Positions 24,921 through 37,568 of a stretch of 64,000 nucleotides of DNA are shown one piece after another. The notes beneath the pieces were generated by a model, which was given only the letters and a program-made list of their open reading frames with translations, did no database searches and was not told the DNA's origin. Every line of letters begins with the position of its first letter. Position 1 is the first letter of the stretch. The translations under genes were made by a program, and so were the position numbers. Origin of the DNA: Octopus sinensis (taxonomy: Eukaryota); the NCBI RefSeq assembly GCF_006345805.1, contig NC_043000.1, positions 155,496,001 through 155,560,000 on the forward strand, in the 5' to 3' direction.

Positions 24921-25490
24921 ATATTTTACTATAAAATTGGATTTAATCCTAAATCTGATTTTTTTCCCTGTAAATTTGGATTTATTCCCTAATATTTATT
25001 ATTATATATATATATATATATATACATATGCACATCTGTGTACCATGCTAAGTGCAAATGCACCAAAACAAAAAATTAACTGCGGCATTCGTCTAGAGAT
25101 AATATCTCTTGTTGAAGTTGTGGTTTAAAGAGCAAAAACGCAGCAGCAGCAGCAGCAGGGGGAAATCATTCAGCAACGCTGCTGAGAATTCTAGTTGAGC
25201 ATTTTTGCCTTCCTGAACTTTATCGCTTGCATGTAACCACTGGTAACCGCAAGCTAAAACAAAATACGCCGTCACTGATGTAGAATAACTGTGATTGAAA
25301 AATCACTGATATTGAAGTTAGCCAGACGGCTGAATGAAAATCTGTTATATGCAATAGAAGTAATGTTAGATTAAAATAGCCATCTGTGTGTCATACTTAA
25401 TGCAAATACATCACGAAAAAACAGTTTTCTTGCCTTATTCTACTATAGATTAAATATCTATTATGGGCGTAATGTGTTAAAGAGCACAAC

Positions 25491-25973
25491 TACCATAAAT
25501 CCTCGAGTATAATCCGCATTTTTTTCCCAAAATTTAAAGGTCAAAATCCCTGTATAGGAGGTTAAAAATGAAAATTATTTTCTAAGCAATGTCCAAGTCT
25601 CTATTTACTGTCTGGCTATGTTTATTCAGACTCATTTTGTGATGTCGGGCGCGAAAATACCTTAAGCTAAGCCTGAAGGCAATGAAGTCATAAAAAGAAT
25701 CATCCATAACTTGCAGTAAGCAACATTTATTAAACATTATTACTGTTTTAATAATATTCCTTTATTTTCTGCAAACAAAATGCACAAAAAAGCTACACGT
25801 TTGCATTATGTTATATATACAATAATAATAAAGGACGTTACAAACTAAGGATGTTATATAGACCCCCTTCACGCAAGTTAGAGAAGGGGTGCGTACTATA
25901 CACAAGGTTTAGGTTTTTCAGAGGTACAGCCCCCTAAAAATCCCCTGCGGACTATACTCGAGGATTTACGGTT
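25491..25973. mobile_element. pogo/Tigger-type MITE (about 480 bp)
   Basis: TIRs taccataaatcctcgagtataatccgca (25491-25518) and tgcggactatactcgaggatttacggt (25946-25972); subterminal copy tgcgtactatacacaagg. Confidence 0.8.
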
Positions 25974-26219
25974 AATTGGATAACACATAACAGATCTTAT
26001 CTCAGGCAATAAGTTACAATTCAGTGAATTATAAGTGTTTAATTAGAAGAAAAAAAAGCTTGAACTTCGAGAAAATAATCTGAAAGATATTTCAGTGTCA
26101 GCTATGTACACAAGGTTTCTATTTAGAAACACAGTGTTTCTGAATGGAAATTATATCAGTTTTCGTGATAAATAAAGTTGATTCTAAGTAGGAGAGAAAT
26201 GGTCAAGTAGCTGGTAATT

Positions 26220-26599
26220 GGAGTGATGCTTTCGTTAGTGATGTGGACATACAGGCGTTTGAACTTAAAAGCAAATCTCGTGAAGTATTTTCTTGAACAT
26301 TTTCTCGAAGAAAAAGTTCTGTGGATAAGCGACGAGACAAAGTCTTGCACGTCAACAGGACGACACAACTTTCTTTATGATAATGGAAAGAGGTGACAGC
26401 ATAATTGGGAAGGTTTTTCACTGATGGAAATTATCCAGTTTGTAAGCTCAGAGACAGGAAATCGATAACCAGCAATCATTACCTTGTAAATATATGTGAA
26501 CATTCTTCGGTAATCAACTTCTGTTCACCTACCTGGACAGATGACAGTGACAGCACAACAAAGAACAACAATGAAAACCAAATTCGCAATAACCACTAA
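26220..26599 (+). mobile_element. Possible very decayed Tc1-like transposase relic
   Basis: KANLVKYFLEHFLEEKVLWISDETK resembles Tc1 KARL.FA.EH...KVLWSDE.K; the rest is weak. Confidence 0.3.
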
Positions 26600-26795
26600 C
26601 AAACATTATATCTTCCGGTTAAGTTTCATCCAAATTCATGCAATTGTTATATTCTTATGATTCTAAATTGAATTATCTCCATTTCTTTCCTCTTTTTTTC
26701 TTTTTCTTTTTTTTCACAAAATCTCTAGTTTCTAACATGACTGAGATATTTACATAAGGAAAGTACAACACGAATATTTCTATCTTTTCTTGTCA

Positions 26796-27023
26796 TCTCT
26801 TTTACTTGTTTCAATCATTATATTGCGGCCATGCTGGGGCACCGCAGTTCAAGAGATTTCAGCCGAATAAATAGATCCTATTATGTATTTCTGTAAGCTT
26901 GGTACTTGCTCTAACTGTTCCCTTTGCCGAACCGTGAAGTTACAGGGGTGCACACTGATACCGGTTGTCAAGCGGGCTGGGGGACAAACACGTACTCAAA
27001 GACACACATATGCACGTGAACAC

Positions 27024-27065
<42 letters not shown>

Positions 27066-27418
27066 ACACACACACACAGATATATCGTCCGTAAATCCTA
27101 AATCCGAAAGAGAAGCAGACTCTAAATTATAGAGCAGAAGAATAATTAGCCTTAGAGCGTTTCTTCTGAAGAAACGCTGTAATGCTAAGAGCTCTATGGC
27201 GTGAAGCCTTGGATAACTCCATAGACCGGCCATAACTATCTTTATCTAATTATATATATATATATACGACGCGCTTCTTTCAGTTTTCGTTTACCAAATC
27301 TACTCACAAGTCTTTGGTTGGTTCGAAACTATAACAAAAGACTCTCGCCCAACATGCTACGCAGTAGGACTGAATCCGCAACCATGTGGTTGCGAAACAA
27401 ACTTCTTACCACTGAGCT
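26796..27418 (-). mobile_element. Old diverged SINE-A copy with about 160 bp of extra sequence in its microsatellite
   Basis: Tail at 26796-26845, head at 27265-27418. Confidence 0.7.
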
Positions 27419-27899
27419 ACGTAGGTGTATATGCATATCTCAAGTGTTATTGATCTCTTATCAGCACCACATACAATCCATGATTCCATAGATGCCAAAT
27501 AAGTGTAATAAAATTGGGTGGACCAAGTTTATATATTAAATACATTCCTGGCAACTGGCACGCACATATTAATTGCTGGCAAGTACACATTATTTCGTTT
27601 TGAAACTATGATATACCGCCAACTTTATTAAAGGTTCATAAGTCAATATTGTATCTTACCTTGTATTAACTGTGCAGCGTATTCACTGTTAATTCTGTCT
27701 CTACAGATTTTCTATAGAATTCAAAGCCAGTACCATGAAGTACGATGTTTCATATACGAATACGTCTATAGAAAGAATACGATCGAAGATAGAAAAAATA
27801 GCTAATGGGTATATATTTCAAGAATTAGTATTCTTTCATAGCTCTCCAGTATATATATACATTTATATATGATGAAGATATACATATATATATATGTGT

Positions 27900-27956
<57 letters not shown>

Positions 27957-27987
27957 AGAACAAAGTATACGTACACCGCTATATATA

Positions 27988-28025
<38 letters not shown>

Positions 28026-28359
28026 TATATATATAATACAAAATAGGACCAGAACGCAAAACATCCGGACAACTAGGTGATACAAAAAGGGACAACAAAA
28101 CATCCAGATAGACGATACAAAAAAACAAGGACGCGTCATTCGAAGCTTTTTATCCTCAGTCAAGAACCGGATCATCCTTGCAATTTCGGCTGATTAATCT
28201 TGGGATTTCTTTAATCTGGCCAGTCCCAAGGAAAAACTAAGCTAAGAGCATTAGATTCCTTGGAAAAAAGCATCGAATATATACGAAAACAAGGACGGAA
28301 AAACAGACGATGTTACACAAATATAAATACAAAAATACAATAAAATTGATATTTTTTAA

Positions 28360-28624
28360 AGCCTGGTACTTATTCTATTGATCTCTTTTGCCAAACAGTT
28401 AAGTCACAGAAGTAAACACACCATTAGTTGTCAAGCAGTGGTGGGATGCACATACATTCATACATACATATATACATAATGGGCTTCTTTCAGCTTTCAT
28501 CTAGTAAAACCGATAAAAAAGACACTGGTCAACACAGAGCAGAAGATACTGCCCAAGGTTCTGCGTAGTGGGACTGAACCCAGAACCATGTAGTTGGGAA
28601 ATGAGCTTCTTACCACACAGCCAC
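28360..28624 (-). mobile_element. Diverged SINE-A copy
   Basis: Homology to head and body. Confidence 0.7.
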
Positions 28625-28879
28625 ATAGATTCTCTCCAAATTCCTCACATATGTTTTAGGTTTATTTTCAATTTTGTCTCCTTTTTTCTTGTAGCACTGT
28701 CTCAGTTGTATGGGTACAAGGCCACAAATTTCGGTGGCTGAGCTGTGAAAAATTTATTTGACTCCAGCACATAACTGGTATCTATATTAATTTCTGTGGG
28801 ATTTGAACCCAGAACATGAAGAATACAAAGAATGTTGGTGTAAAATTTTGGCACAAGGCCAGCAAGTTTGGGAACGGGG

Positions 28880-29056
28880 TTAGTTGATTACATCGACACT
28901 CCTCCCTCCCGATAATCACGTGGTACTGCTTTTATCAATTCCAAAAGGATGAAAGGCAAAGTTGACCTCAGTAAAATTTGAACTCAGAACATAAAGATGG
29001 ATAAAATACTTCTAAGCATTTTGCCTGGTGCAGTTACAATCCCGCTACCTTGCCAC
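28880..29056 (-). mobile_element. Diverged SINE-B copy
   Basis: aaaggatgaaaggcaaagttgacctc...atttgaactcagaac. Confidence 0.7.
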
Positions 29057-30129
29057 ATTAAGAACACCAATAATATTAAGCAGAATTATTATATCCTGTG
29101 TTTCTTAAGGTTGTTGGATGTTTATTTGTGGTGTCATGTACCCATATATGCACGTATATATACATATAGATGTAGGTATGTACACATATGTATGTATGCA
29201 TACGCTTTATTTATTAAATCGTTATTATATGATTGAACGCACGCGTCGTCTTCTTCTTCCAAGTAAGTTTTGTTTCAATAATTATGACGCGCACTCTTAA
29301 CTCTTTACTTGACCTTTCCTCCCTGCCTGTCTGTCTTCCTCTTTACCTGTCTCTCTCCTTCTTATTTTTCATCCTTTCTGGTTTCTTCTCCTCTCCCTTT
29401 CACCGTTCTCCCTCACTCTCTCACTCCTCCTCCTCCTCCTCCTCCTCCCTCTCGACGCTGACCAGAGGGCTACTTTCTTTCTGGACCTTTCCCCTCTGTC
29501 TGTCTGTCTTCCTCTCTACCTGTCTCTCTCCCTCTCTTACTTTTCACCCATTCTTGCTTCTTCTCCTCTCTCTCTCTCTCTCTCACTCCTCCTCCTCTGT
29601 CTCGTCGCTGACTTGAGGACTACTAACTTTCTTTCTGGCTACTGCCTTCAACAAGTCAACATCGGCTTTTTCTGTCCTCGCAAGCCGTTCTTCAGAATAC
29701 GTTCTAATGAATTTTTCCACCGTCCAAACTTTAAAAAGCCCTTATTGTTGGTTTCTACCTGTCCTGTCTTTTACTGTTTTTATCGTTATTTGTACTGTTT
29801 TTCTTTATTTGTATTGCATTTACGTCCTGTTCTTGTCACCTTTTTTTTACCCCTCCGCAAAAATTTTTATTTACTGAAGCAGATGTACACGTTTGATACA
29901 GGCTTACTGATGCCTAACGTGTCCGATTGGAGACAGACAGGCACGACTGCAGAGGCTTCATGGGAATTTTGACTGATCAGCGCTGGTTGTAGTATTCCTG
30001 TTTTTCATCTCCATCTCTTGTCTGTCAGGATTACCCTGCAGGTGTCTTTAAAGGCGGCTGTTGCACGGTGAACAGTGAGACACCAGGCTTGACCGTCAGC
30101 GGCAAGTACAGACCACTGGTAGTAATCTA

Positions 30130-30480
30130 TGGAACAGGAACCAAGAGATTTCTTCATAAATTCCTTGTACCCCTTCTTTGGTATTTATCAGTCACGGAGA
30201 TCAGTGAGGAGTTCGGCGTACAGTATGATCTTTGGAAGTCGATGACCTTCTAGTTTGGTGACGTGTCCTACCCATTTTAGCAGTGTCTTCAGCAAAGTTT
30301 ATTTAATGCTGGTCATCTTTACCTTTTCAAGGATTTCGGTATTAATGGCAAAGTCACTCCAATGGATGCTGAGAATGATGCGAAGGCTGCGCTGATGGAA
30401 TCGGGCAAGTAGTCGGACGTGGTGTCCGATAGACGAGCCACGACTCTGAGCTCTCATCATCACCCTACATAAGAACAAAG
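30130..30480 (-). mobile_element. RTE-like LINE relic, post-RT region
   Basis: SESWLVYR.HHVRLLARFHQRSLRIILSIHWSDF...KWVGHV...RLPKIILYAEL. Confidence 0.75.
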
Positions 30481-30499
30481 GTAAGATTCCTTGCCAGAG

Positions 30500-30845
30500 T
30501 ACACGTCAACAGACTAATGCTGACCACTACCAGAGAAAACCTTTCAGAATCCCAGAATCCTAGTGTGCTTCAGAGCAAATAAGAGCATCACCGACTTGAT
30601 CTTTGTTCAGAGACAGTGGCAAGAGAAGTGCAGACAGCAAAACAATAAACTTTACATCACGTTTGTTGGTCTCCCCAAAGCATTCGACACTGTAAGCCGA
30701 AACGATTTCATGCAAATCCTGGAAAGTCTTGAATGTTGCCCCCCAAATCGTCAACATGATCATTCATCTGCATGAAAATCATCACTAACCTTTCTGGGCC
30801 CTTCCCTTTTGGCAACGGTGTGAAGTAAGGCTGCGTCTTCGCATA
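30500..30845 (+). mobile_element. RTE-like LINE relic, RT domain
   Basis: FRANKSITDLIFVQRQWQEKCRQQNNKLYITFVGLPKAFDTVSR...GVK*GCV. Confidence 0.85.
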
Positions 30846-32190
30846 GACACCTTTTTAACCATATGTTACCTTTGACATCTTTTTACCATCCAGGGAGCCA
30901 CTGAAGACCTGATGATACATACATATATAGATATATATATATATGTGTATCTATATTAATATACACTTTCTCTTAGAATATGTTGTGCACATGAGTTCAT
31001 TCAAGCTATGGTATAAAAATAATGAAAATCTGAAGCGTTTTCTACACAAGTTTACAACATCATGAATCAGAGGGGATGGAACCATCAACCCAATCTATGA
31101 CAGAAGAACCATTGTTCCTTTAGCATTACCCTTCCTAGAAGCTAAAACACTTTTCTACAGATAAATATACGACTGAGCACTTAACGTCTCGGTTATGATA
31201 ATCACACCAGATATATTGTTGCTGTTCGTCTTCTTTTCCTTTAACCTATCCTTGATATAAACAAGAAAACATGTATATCTATAACCAGCATCTGGAACAG
31301 ATGATATAGAACTGTTTATAAATGTGTCAAATTTCCATAACTGCTTAAGCCATACACTCACTGAGCCGGAAGTGAAACGAAATAATTAAGATCAACGCAA
31401 TGGGTCTATTCAGAAAACGACAGAAATAACAGTGACAAGAATAATAGGAGCACCAACGATACCAACGACTACGACAACAACAACAGTTACAATAACAATC
31501 TCAACAACAAAGACAGTGTATTTGTTACATTAGAGTTCGAGAGTAGAGACGAATACAGAAAGAAGAAATATTATGACTAGCGAATAAAAAATACAGAAAT
31601 AATCCGGGACGGTCTTTAGTGAAATATAATGTGGTGTAATAGAAGCTGACAGCAGCTACATGTTATAGTGTTCCATCATCTGAAAGAAACATCTAGTTTT
31701 CTTATCATAAATCATTCATTATATGGCACGAAAGATACACATGTCAGGTAGTATATAACTAAAGTTGTGTTAATTGCTGTAGAGCAATTATGACCAGTGA
31801 TATAAGAAAATTTGTTAAGTCAAGTTAGAAAATTTGAACTAAAATGTAATCACTTACCTTATATTGCTTATGACCTTGAGAAGGCAGAAAAACAATCTCA
31901 ATGATTTTCCTACAAATTCGTTACGATGAAAAGAATCTATATGTAATCACTGGTTTTGCTGTAGAAATATCCGAGAGAGAAGAACGCAGAACATGATGGT
32001 TTAGTATATGGAGCAAGCCATTTACTGCCTTGCAGTTCTCAGATGTTCGACTTTCTCTCTATGAAATAATTACCGCTAAAATATCAGATACCAACACAAT
32101 CGACTAAACCCATTCTCAGAAATGAATTCACCCTCGAGCCCATTAAAAAAAAAAGTATAAATCCTTAGCTTCCGTTTCAGTAAATGATTT

Positions 32191-32786
32191 GGATGGAAGC
32201 ACTCCGTCGGTTACGACGACGAGGGTTCCGGTTGAACCGAATCAACAGCCTGCTCGTGAAATTAACGTGTAAGTGGCTGAGCACTCCACAGACACGTGTA
32301 CCCTTAACGTAGTTCTCGGGGATATTCAGCGTGACACAGACAGTGACAAGGCCGGCCCTTTGAAATACAGGTACAACAGAAACAGGAAGAAAGAGTGAGA
32401 GAAAGTTGTGGTGAAAGAGTACAGCAGGGATCACCACCATCCCCTGCCGGAGCCTCGTGGAGCTTTAGGTGTGAAATTAACGTGTAAGTGGCTGAGCACT
32501 CCACAGACACGTGTACCCTTAACGTAGTTCTCGGGGATATTCAGCGTGACACAGAGAGTGACAAGGCCGGCCCCTTGAAGTACAGGTACAACAGAAACAG
32601 GAAGTAAGGGTGAGAGAAAGTTGTGGTGAAACAGTACAGCAGGGTTCACCACCATCCCTGTCGGAGCCTCGTGGAGCTTTAGGTGTTTTCGCTCAATAAA
32701 CACTCACAACGCCCGGTCTGGGAATCGAAACCGCGATCCCACGACCGCGAGTCCGCTGCCCTAACCACTGGGCCATTGCGCCTCCA
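32191..32786 (-). mobile_element. SINE-C, full length with 215-bp internal duplication
   Basis: tRNA-like head GGAGGCGCAATGGCCCAGTGGTTAGG...TTCGATTCC; 13-bp TSD cagtaaatgattt at 32178-32190 and 32787-32799. Confidence 0.92.
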
Positions 32787-33237
32787 CAGTAAATGATTTA
32801 TCAACACAATAAAGAGGGAAAGTAATTTAATTTATACAGGCATAACTTGGTATTTTCTTCTATCAATTGCTGCTGGCTGACAAAGTATGAGAGCGGATTA
32901 CCAGTCGAATGTCGGAAGTTCTTATAATGCTAATTCGGCTACATAACGCTAGTAAATTTCACACTTAAATCTCAACATCTAAATCCATCTAGTTTCAAAC
33001 ATATACTATCTAGTGGACAACTTCCGCTGTCATCTGAGCGAATGTTATTCAACGGTCGACTTTTTTCTTTTACCTTTACTTTTTACACTTGCTTCAATCT
33101 ACTGACTGAAACAAGTAAGAAGACCTCGATACTAGTGCTTAGGGCACCATCTTGAAGAATTGCAGTCGGACTCATCATCATCATCATCATCATCATCGTC
33201 GTCGTCCTCGTTCTCGTCATCATCATCATCATCATCA

Positions 33238-33295
<58 letters not shown>

Positions 33296-33457
33296 TACAA
33301 TTATTATTTTAAAGTCTGGTGCTTATTCTAACCTTCTCCTTTGCCGAACCACTAAGTTACGGGGGACGTAAACACATCAAACCCGGTCAAACTTGATATG
33401 CGTTGGTAGAGAATAAACACGCACAGCCCCGCCCCCACCCTCACGTACATATGTATG

Positions 33458-33489
<32 letters not shown>

Positions 33490-33493
33490 TAAA

Positions 33494-33894
33494 ATGTGAC
33501 CGCGTGTGTACCGTTGGCGATTTTTTTCCTCCGTCTTCCCTTCTTTGGATCTTTCCTTTTCCAATGTTTCTGACGTTAAACCTTCCTCATTACCTTCTTT
33601 CCTGAGCCTCTATTAATACTATACTTGCTCCACGTCCTCACGTTGTTGTTTGTGTTTTCATGTTTGGATCAAGTATATATATATATATAATATATATATA
33701 TACATATATAAAATGTGACCGCGTGTGTACCGTTGGCGATTTTTTTCCTCCGTCTTCCCTTCTTTGGATCTTTCCTTTTCCAATGTTTCTGACGTTAAAC
33801 CTTCCTCATTACCTTCTTTCCTGAGCGTCTATTAATACTATACTTGCTCCACGTCCTCACGTTGTTGTTTGTGTTTTCATGTTTGGATCAAGTA
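33494..33894 (+). mobile_element. Tandem dimer (period 219) of the (TA)n-flanked repeat with the hammerhead centre deleted
   Basis: Both units read gtttctgacgttaaac. Confidence 0.85.
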
Positions 33895-34594
33895 TATATA
33901 TATATATAAATATATATATACAAGCAACAGAATATCAAGTAGTAAGACTGTAGCTATTTTTAATAAAGGGCAAGAGTGAATTGACAGTCATCATATTATC
34001 ATACGTATACCTTTTCCCTCGGGAAGTCTTCTTGTCTTAGATTTAGTAGTTGATAAAGAGATAAATGAATTAGAAGTGAATCACAACACTTACAACCCTA
34101 TGACCCCTATATGCTCCATGTGATTTTTAGAATTTGTAGCCTATTCTTAACTACAATAGCAAAAATATAAAATTTCTTTCATTTTCTTGCTCTGTTAAAA
34201 TATTTAAGAAAAATTATATTAATGTGTCCTACTTGTTAAAATACCATCTATTTATTTGTGCAGCTGAAGATGGCACTGTATTTAAATTGATGTAATGATT
34301 GCATCGTTCAATTAAATAAAGCCGCTTGAAACGGTCGTAGTGCATTAGTACTTGATATCCTTTTGCTTATTTTGATTTTATTCACCTTACTTCGAGCTGT
34401 TACTACTGGACTGACTTGGTGCTTCAACTTAAGTACCTAATTCAACTGAATCTCAATTGTATATATATATATGTGTGCGTGTGTGTGTGTGTGTGGTGTG
34501 TGTGTGTGTGTGTGTGTGCGTGTTTGTGTGTGTGTGAGTGTGTGTGTGTGTATGTGTGTGTGTGTGTGAGTATTCCTAAAGTATATATATGTAT

Positions 34595-34760
34595 ATACGA
34601 TGAGCTTCTTTCAGTTTCCGTCTAACAAATCCACTCACGAGGCTTTGGGCAGCCTGAAGCTATAGTAAAAGACACTTACCCAAGGAGCCACGCAATGGGA
34701 CTGAACCCGGTATCATGTGTTTGGGAAGCAAACTTCTTAGCTCACGCCCACGCCTGCGTC
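34595..34760 (-). mobile_element. SINE-A 5' half
   Basis: Homology. Confidence 0.8.
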
Positions 34761-35072
34761 AGTTTAGTTAACTTATATCGTGCTTAGTCTCTTCATTCAT
34801 TGTGTCATGAAAAAGGGTTCATACTGAGGTCACGTTTCCACTGAAATACTGTTTCTTTAACGCTAAAATGTTGCATTGTAAATATAAACGACACGTCTTA
34901 TTTAAAAACAGAATAAAATGGAAACACTTTTAATTGACGGAAAAGCTTTCGCTCCTGGAAAGTCTCCTGTTGACATAAATATCAGATCTCTCCAGATCGA
35001 GAAATGTTTTTACTGTGACTCTTGTGTGACAGGATAAGAAATAATGAAACGGTTTAGCAAAAAAAAAAATTT

Positions 35073-35305
35073 AAGGCGGCGAGCTGGCAGAACCGTTAGC
35101 ACGCCGGGCGAAATGCTTAGCGGTATTTCGTCTGCCGTTACGTTGTGAGTTCGAATTCCGCCGAGGCCAACTTTGCCTTTCATCCTTTCGGGGTCGATAA
35201 ATTAAGTACCAGTTACGCACTGGGGTTGATGTTATCGAATTAATACCTATGTATGTCCTTGTTTGTCCCCTCTATGTTTAGCCCCTTGTGGATAATAAAA
35301 ACATA
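35073..35305 (+). mobile_element. SINE-B copy
   Basis: Homology; ggtttagcaaa at 35051-35061 and 35306-35316 is the likely TSD. Confidence 0.9.
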
Positions 35306-37124
35306 GGTTTAGCAAATATCAGCTTGAAGATACATCATACCATTGAACATTAAAGAACCAAACACACCTCTGACAGTTATGTTGGTGTGATCTAGAAAAG
35401 CGAAATATATAACAAGATGAGTTTTCGTCTTTTTTGTTTTTTACTTTACAAAAAATGTATCTAGTGGACAAAAACTCTGCGCCATTGTATTATTAATACT
35501 TATTTTCCTTAACTGGAAAAAAAGGCGAGTCACTTTAGGAGTCTGAGAGTCGAGACGAAACATTGTAGTAACTGTCATCCTGATTATTGAACCAGGAGAG
35601 TACCAACCCACTTCGACGCTCCATACAACTATGATCTCTACTTTCTGCGAGTCGACAGAAAAGTAAGTAAAATATTGATCACGCCAAATTAATTTAATCT
35701 TCCGTCTATTCAAGAATTACACCACGAGGAAAGAGCCGAACCCATTTTCTTTTGTAGATAAAAAGTGACTTTTAAAAATCGATTTTCACAAAGTAGACGT
35801 GTTCTATTTGCATTTCTATTAGATTAGAGGAACTTCCATGATGTTTATACTTTCTTTTATTTCAAGACCAGAATATTTCAATAAAGTTTGACTTAGAACA
35901 TTTAATAGTATGCACAGAATAGATCATGCTATTAGCAGGTTGTAAAAACTATTTTATAAAAACTTCGATATGATCCACGGCAAGCCATGTGAATAGAATA
36001 TCGGGCAATTTTCCAAGTTATTCATTGTTTGTATTACCTATCCTTTCTTTTTTATGTTCCTACACAGATGAGAACCTTTCATTCACATTCGTTTTTCACA
36101 TATGTATATCTAGTATCAGATATCCACCACTTCTCTAAAATCACAGGCCTTTTTATGACATAATCAAAGGAAGAATATGCCCAAGTGCAATTTGATTCAA
36201 ATATATACAACCTACAGATATACTTACCTAATAACTGATCCAATGGTTCAATATCTAGAAGAAAAATAGGCAAAATCAAAATACAGTTCAAGACCAAATT
36301 ACTTACTTTTAATAAATAGAAGCTAGTACATCAGATACGAAAATGTCAGACCTATGTTCCAAACTTTTGGCTACGACTGTAAGTAGGAGAGAGAAAGTTT
36401 TCCTTAGACCGCAAACAGAATGCACCCTGCTTAAAGCATCGATGTTGTGGTGTTGATTGGTCAACAAATTAAATCTACAACCTCAGAACACCAGATTCCA
36501 CAATTCTTGTCTACAAATTTCAATTCACAAGGATTTGGTCAGCCGGAAGCTATGACAAAAGATACTTGTCAAATGTGTTGCGAAGTGGAAATGAATCTGA
36601 AACCAGGTAGTTCTGAAGCGAACAACTTGATCAAAGTCATGTTTGCAAGCTTGTAAACATCGTCTCATAGAGATATGGCAACTCCGTTTTATTCACCAGT
36701 ATCAAAACAGGTATTGTGATGGTTGATCCAACAGTTCCATGCTGCATTTCGAGTTGAAGAACAAGAATTGTCTCGAATAGAATTGATTTGAGGTGTGAAA
36801 TTTCTAGAGAGAATAATTCGAAGTATAGTGCAATAGCAATATTACGCGGTGTCAGTTCTTATATTGGGAAGACATTTCTATTTATTTTCATCGAGAAGAT
36901 CAAAAACAGTTAGCAGGAATCCCGGAAGTTAAATATGCCACTGCGCCACATTTGACGGGATGACATTTGTGTAGCAAACATACAATATACCTTTGGCAAA
37001 CTAAGACTGTAAAGCCCCTTCAATCTTAAGCGAGATTTTCCCTGTATTTCTATGTCGGTATATAATTCGTAACTGATGAACAATAGCGTCGTTGATTTAA
37101 ACCCGCCCAATTCTTCAATTACTA

Positions 37125-37568
37125 TATTTCTTTACTGCCCACAAAGGGCTACACACAAAGGGGACAAACAAGGACAGTCAAGCGGATTAAGTCGATTATA
37201 TCGACCCCAGTGCGTAACTGGTACTTATCTAATCGAAATGCTTAGCGGTATTTTGTCTGCCGTTACGTTGTGAGTTCAAATTCCGCCCAGGTCGACTTTA
37301 CTTTTCATCCTTTCGGGGTCGATGAATTAAGTACCAGTTACGCACTGGGGTCGATGTAATCGACTTAATACCTATGTCTGTCCTTGTTTGTCCCCTCTAT
37401 ACTTAGCCCCTTGTGGGTAATAAAGAAATAGGTACTTATTTAATCGACCCCGAAAGAATGAAAGGCAAAGTCGACCTCAGTGGAATTTGAACTCAGAACA
37501 TAGCGACAGACGAAATGCCGCTAATCATTTCGCCCGGCGTGCTAACGTTTCTGCCAGCTCGCCGCCTT
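37125..37568. mobile_element. Minus-strand SINE-B interrupted by a 5'-truncated plus-strand SINE-B (37237-37430)
   Basis: 17-bp TSD ggtacttat(c/t)taatcga at 37220-37236 and 37431-37447. Confidence 0.9.

Noticed and set aside
28100-28260. Hammerhead in the TA-flanked repeat (minus strand CTGAGGA...GAAT)
   Set aside because: No GAAA and no helices I or II; the repeat may be of Penelope type but the fold is unsupported
32700-32786. tRNA gene candidates at SINE heads (also 3848-3900 and 23886-23960)
   Set aside because: Run directly into SINE bodies and lack complete cloverleaves
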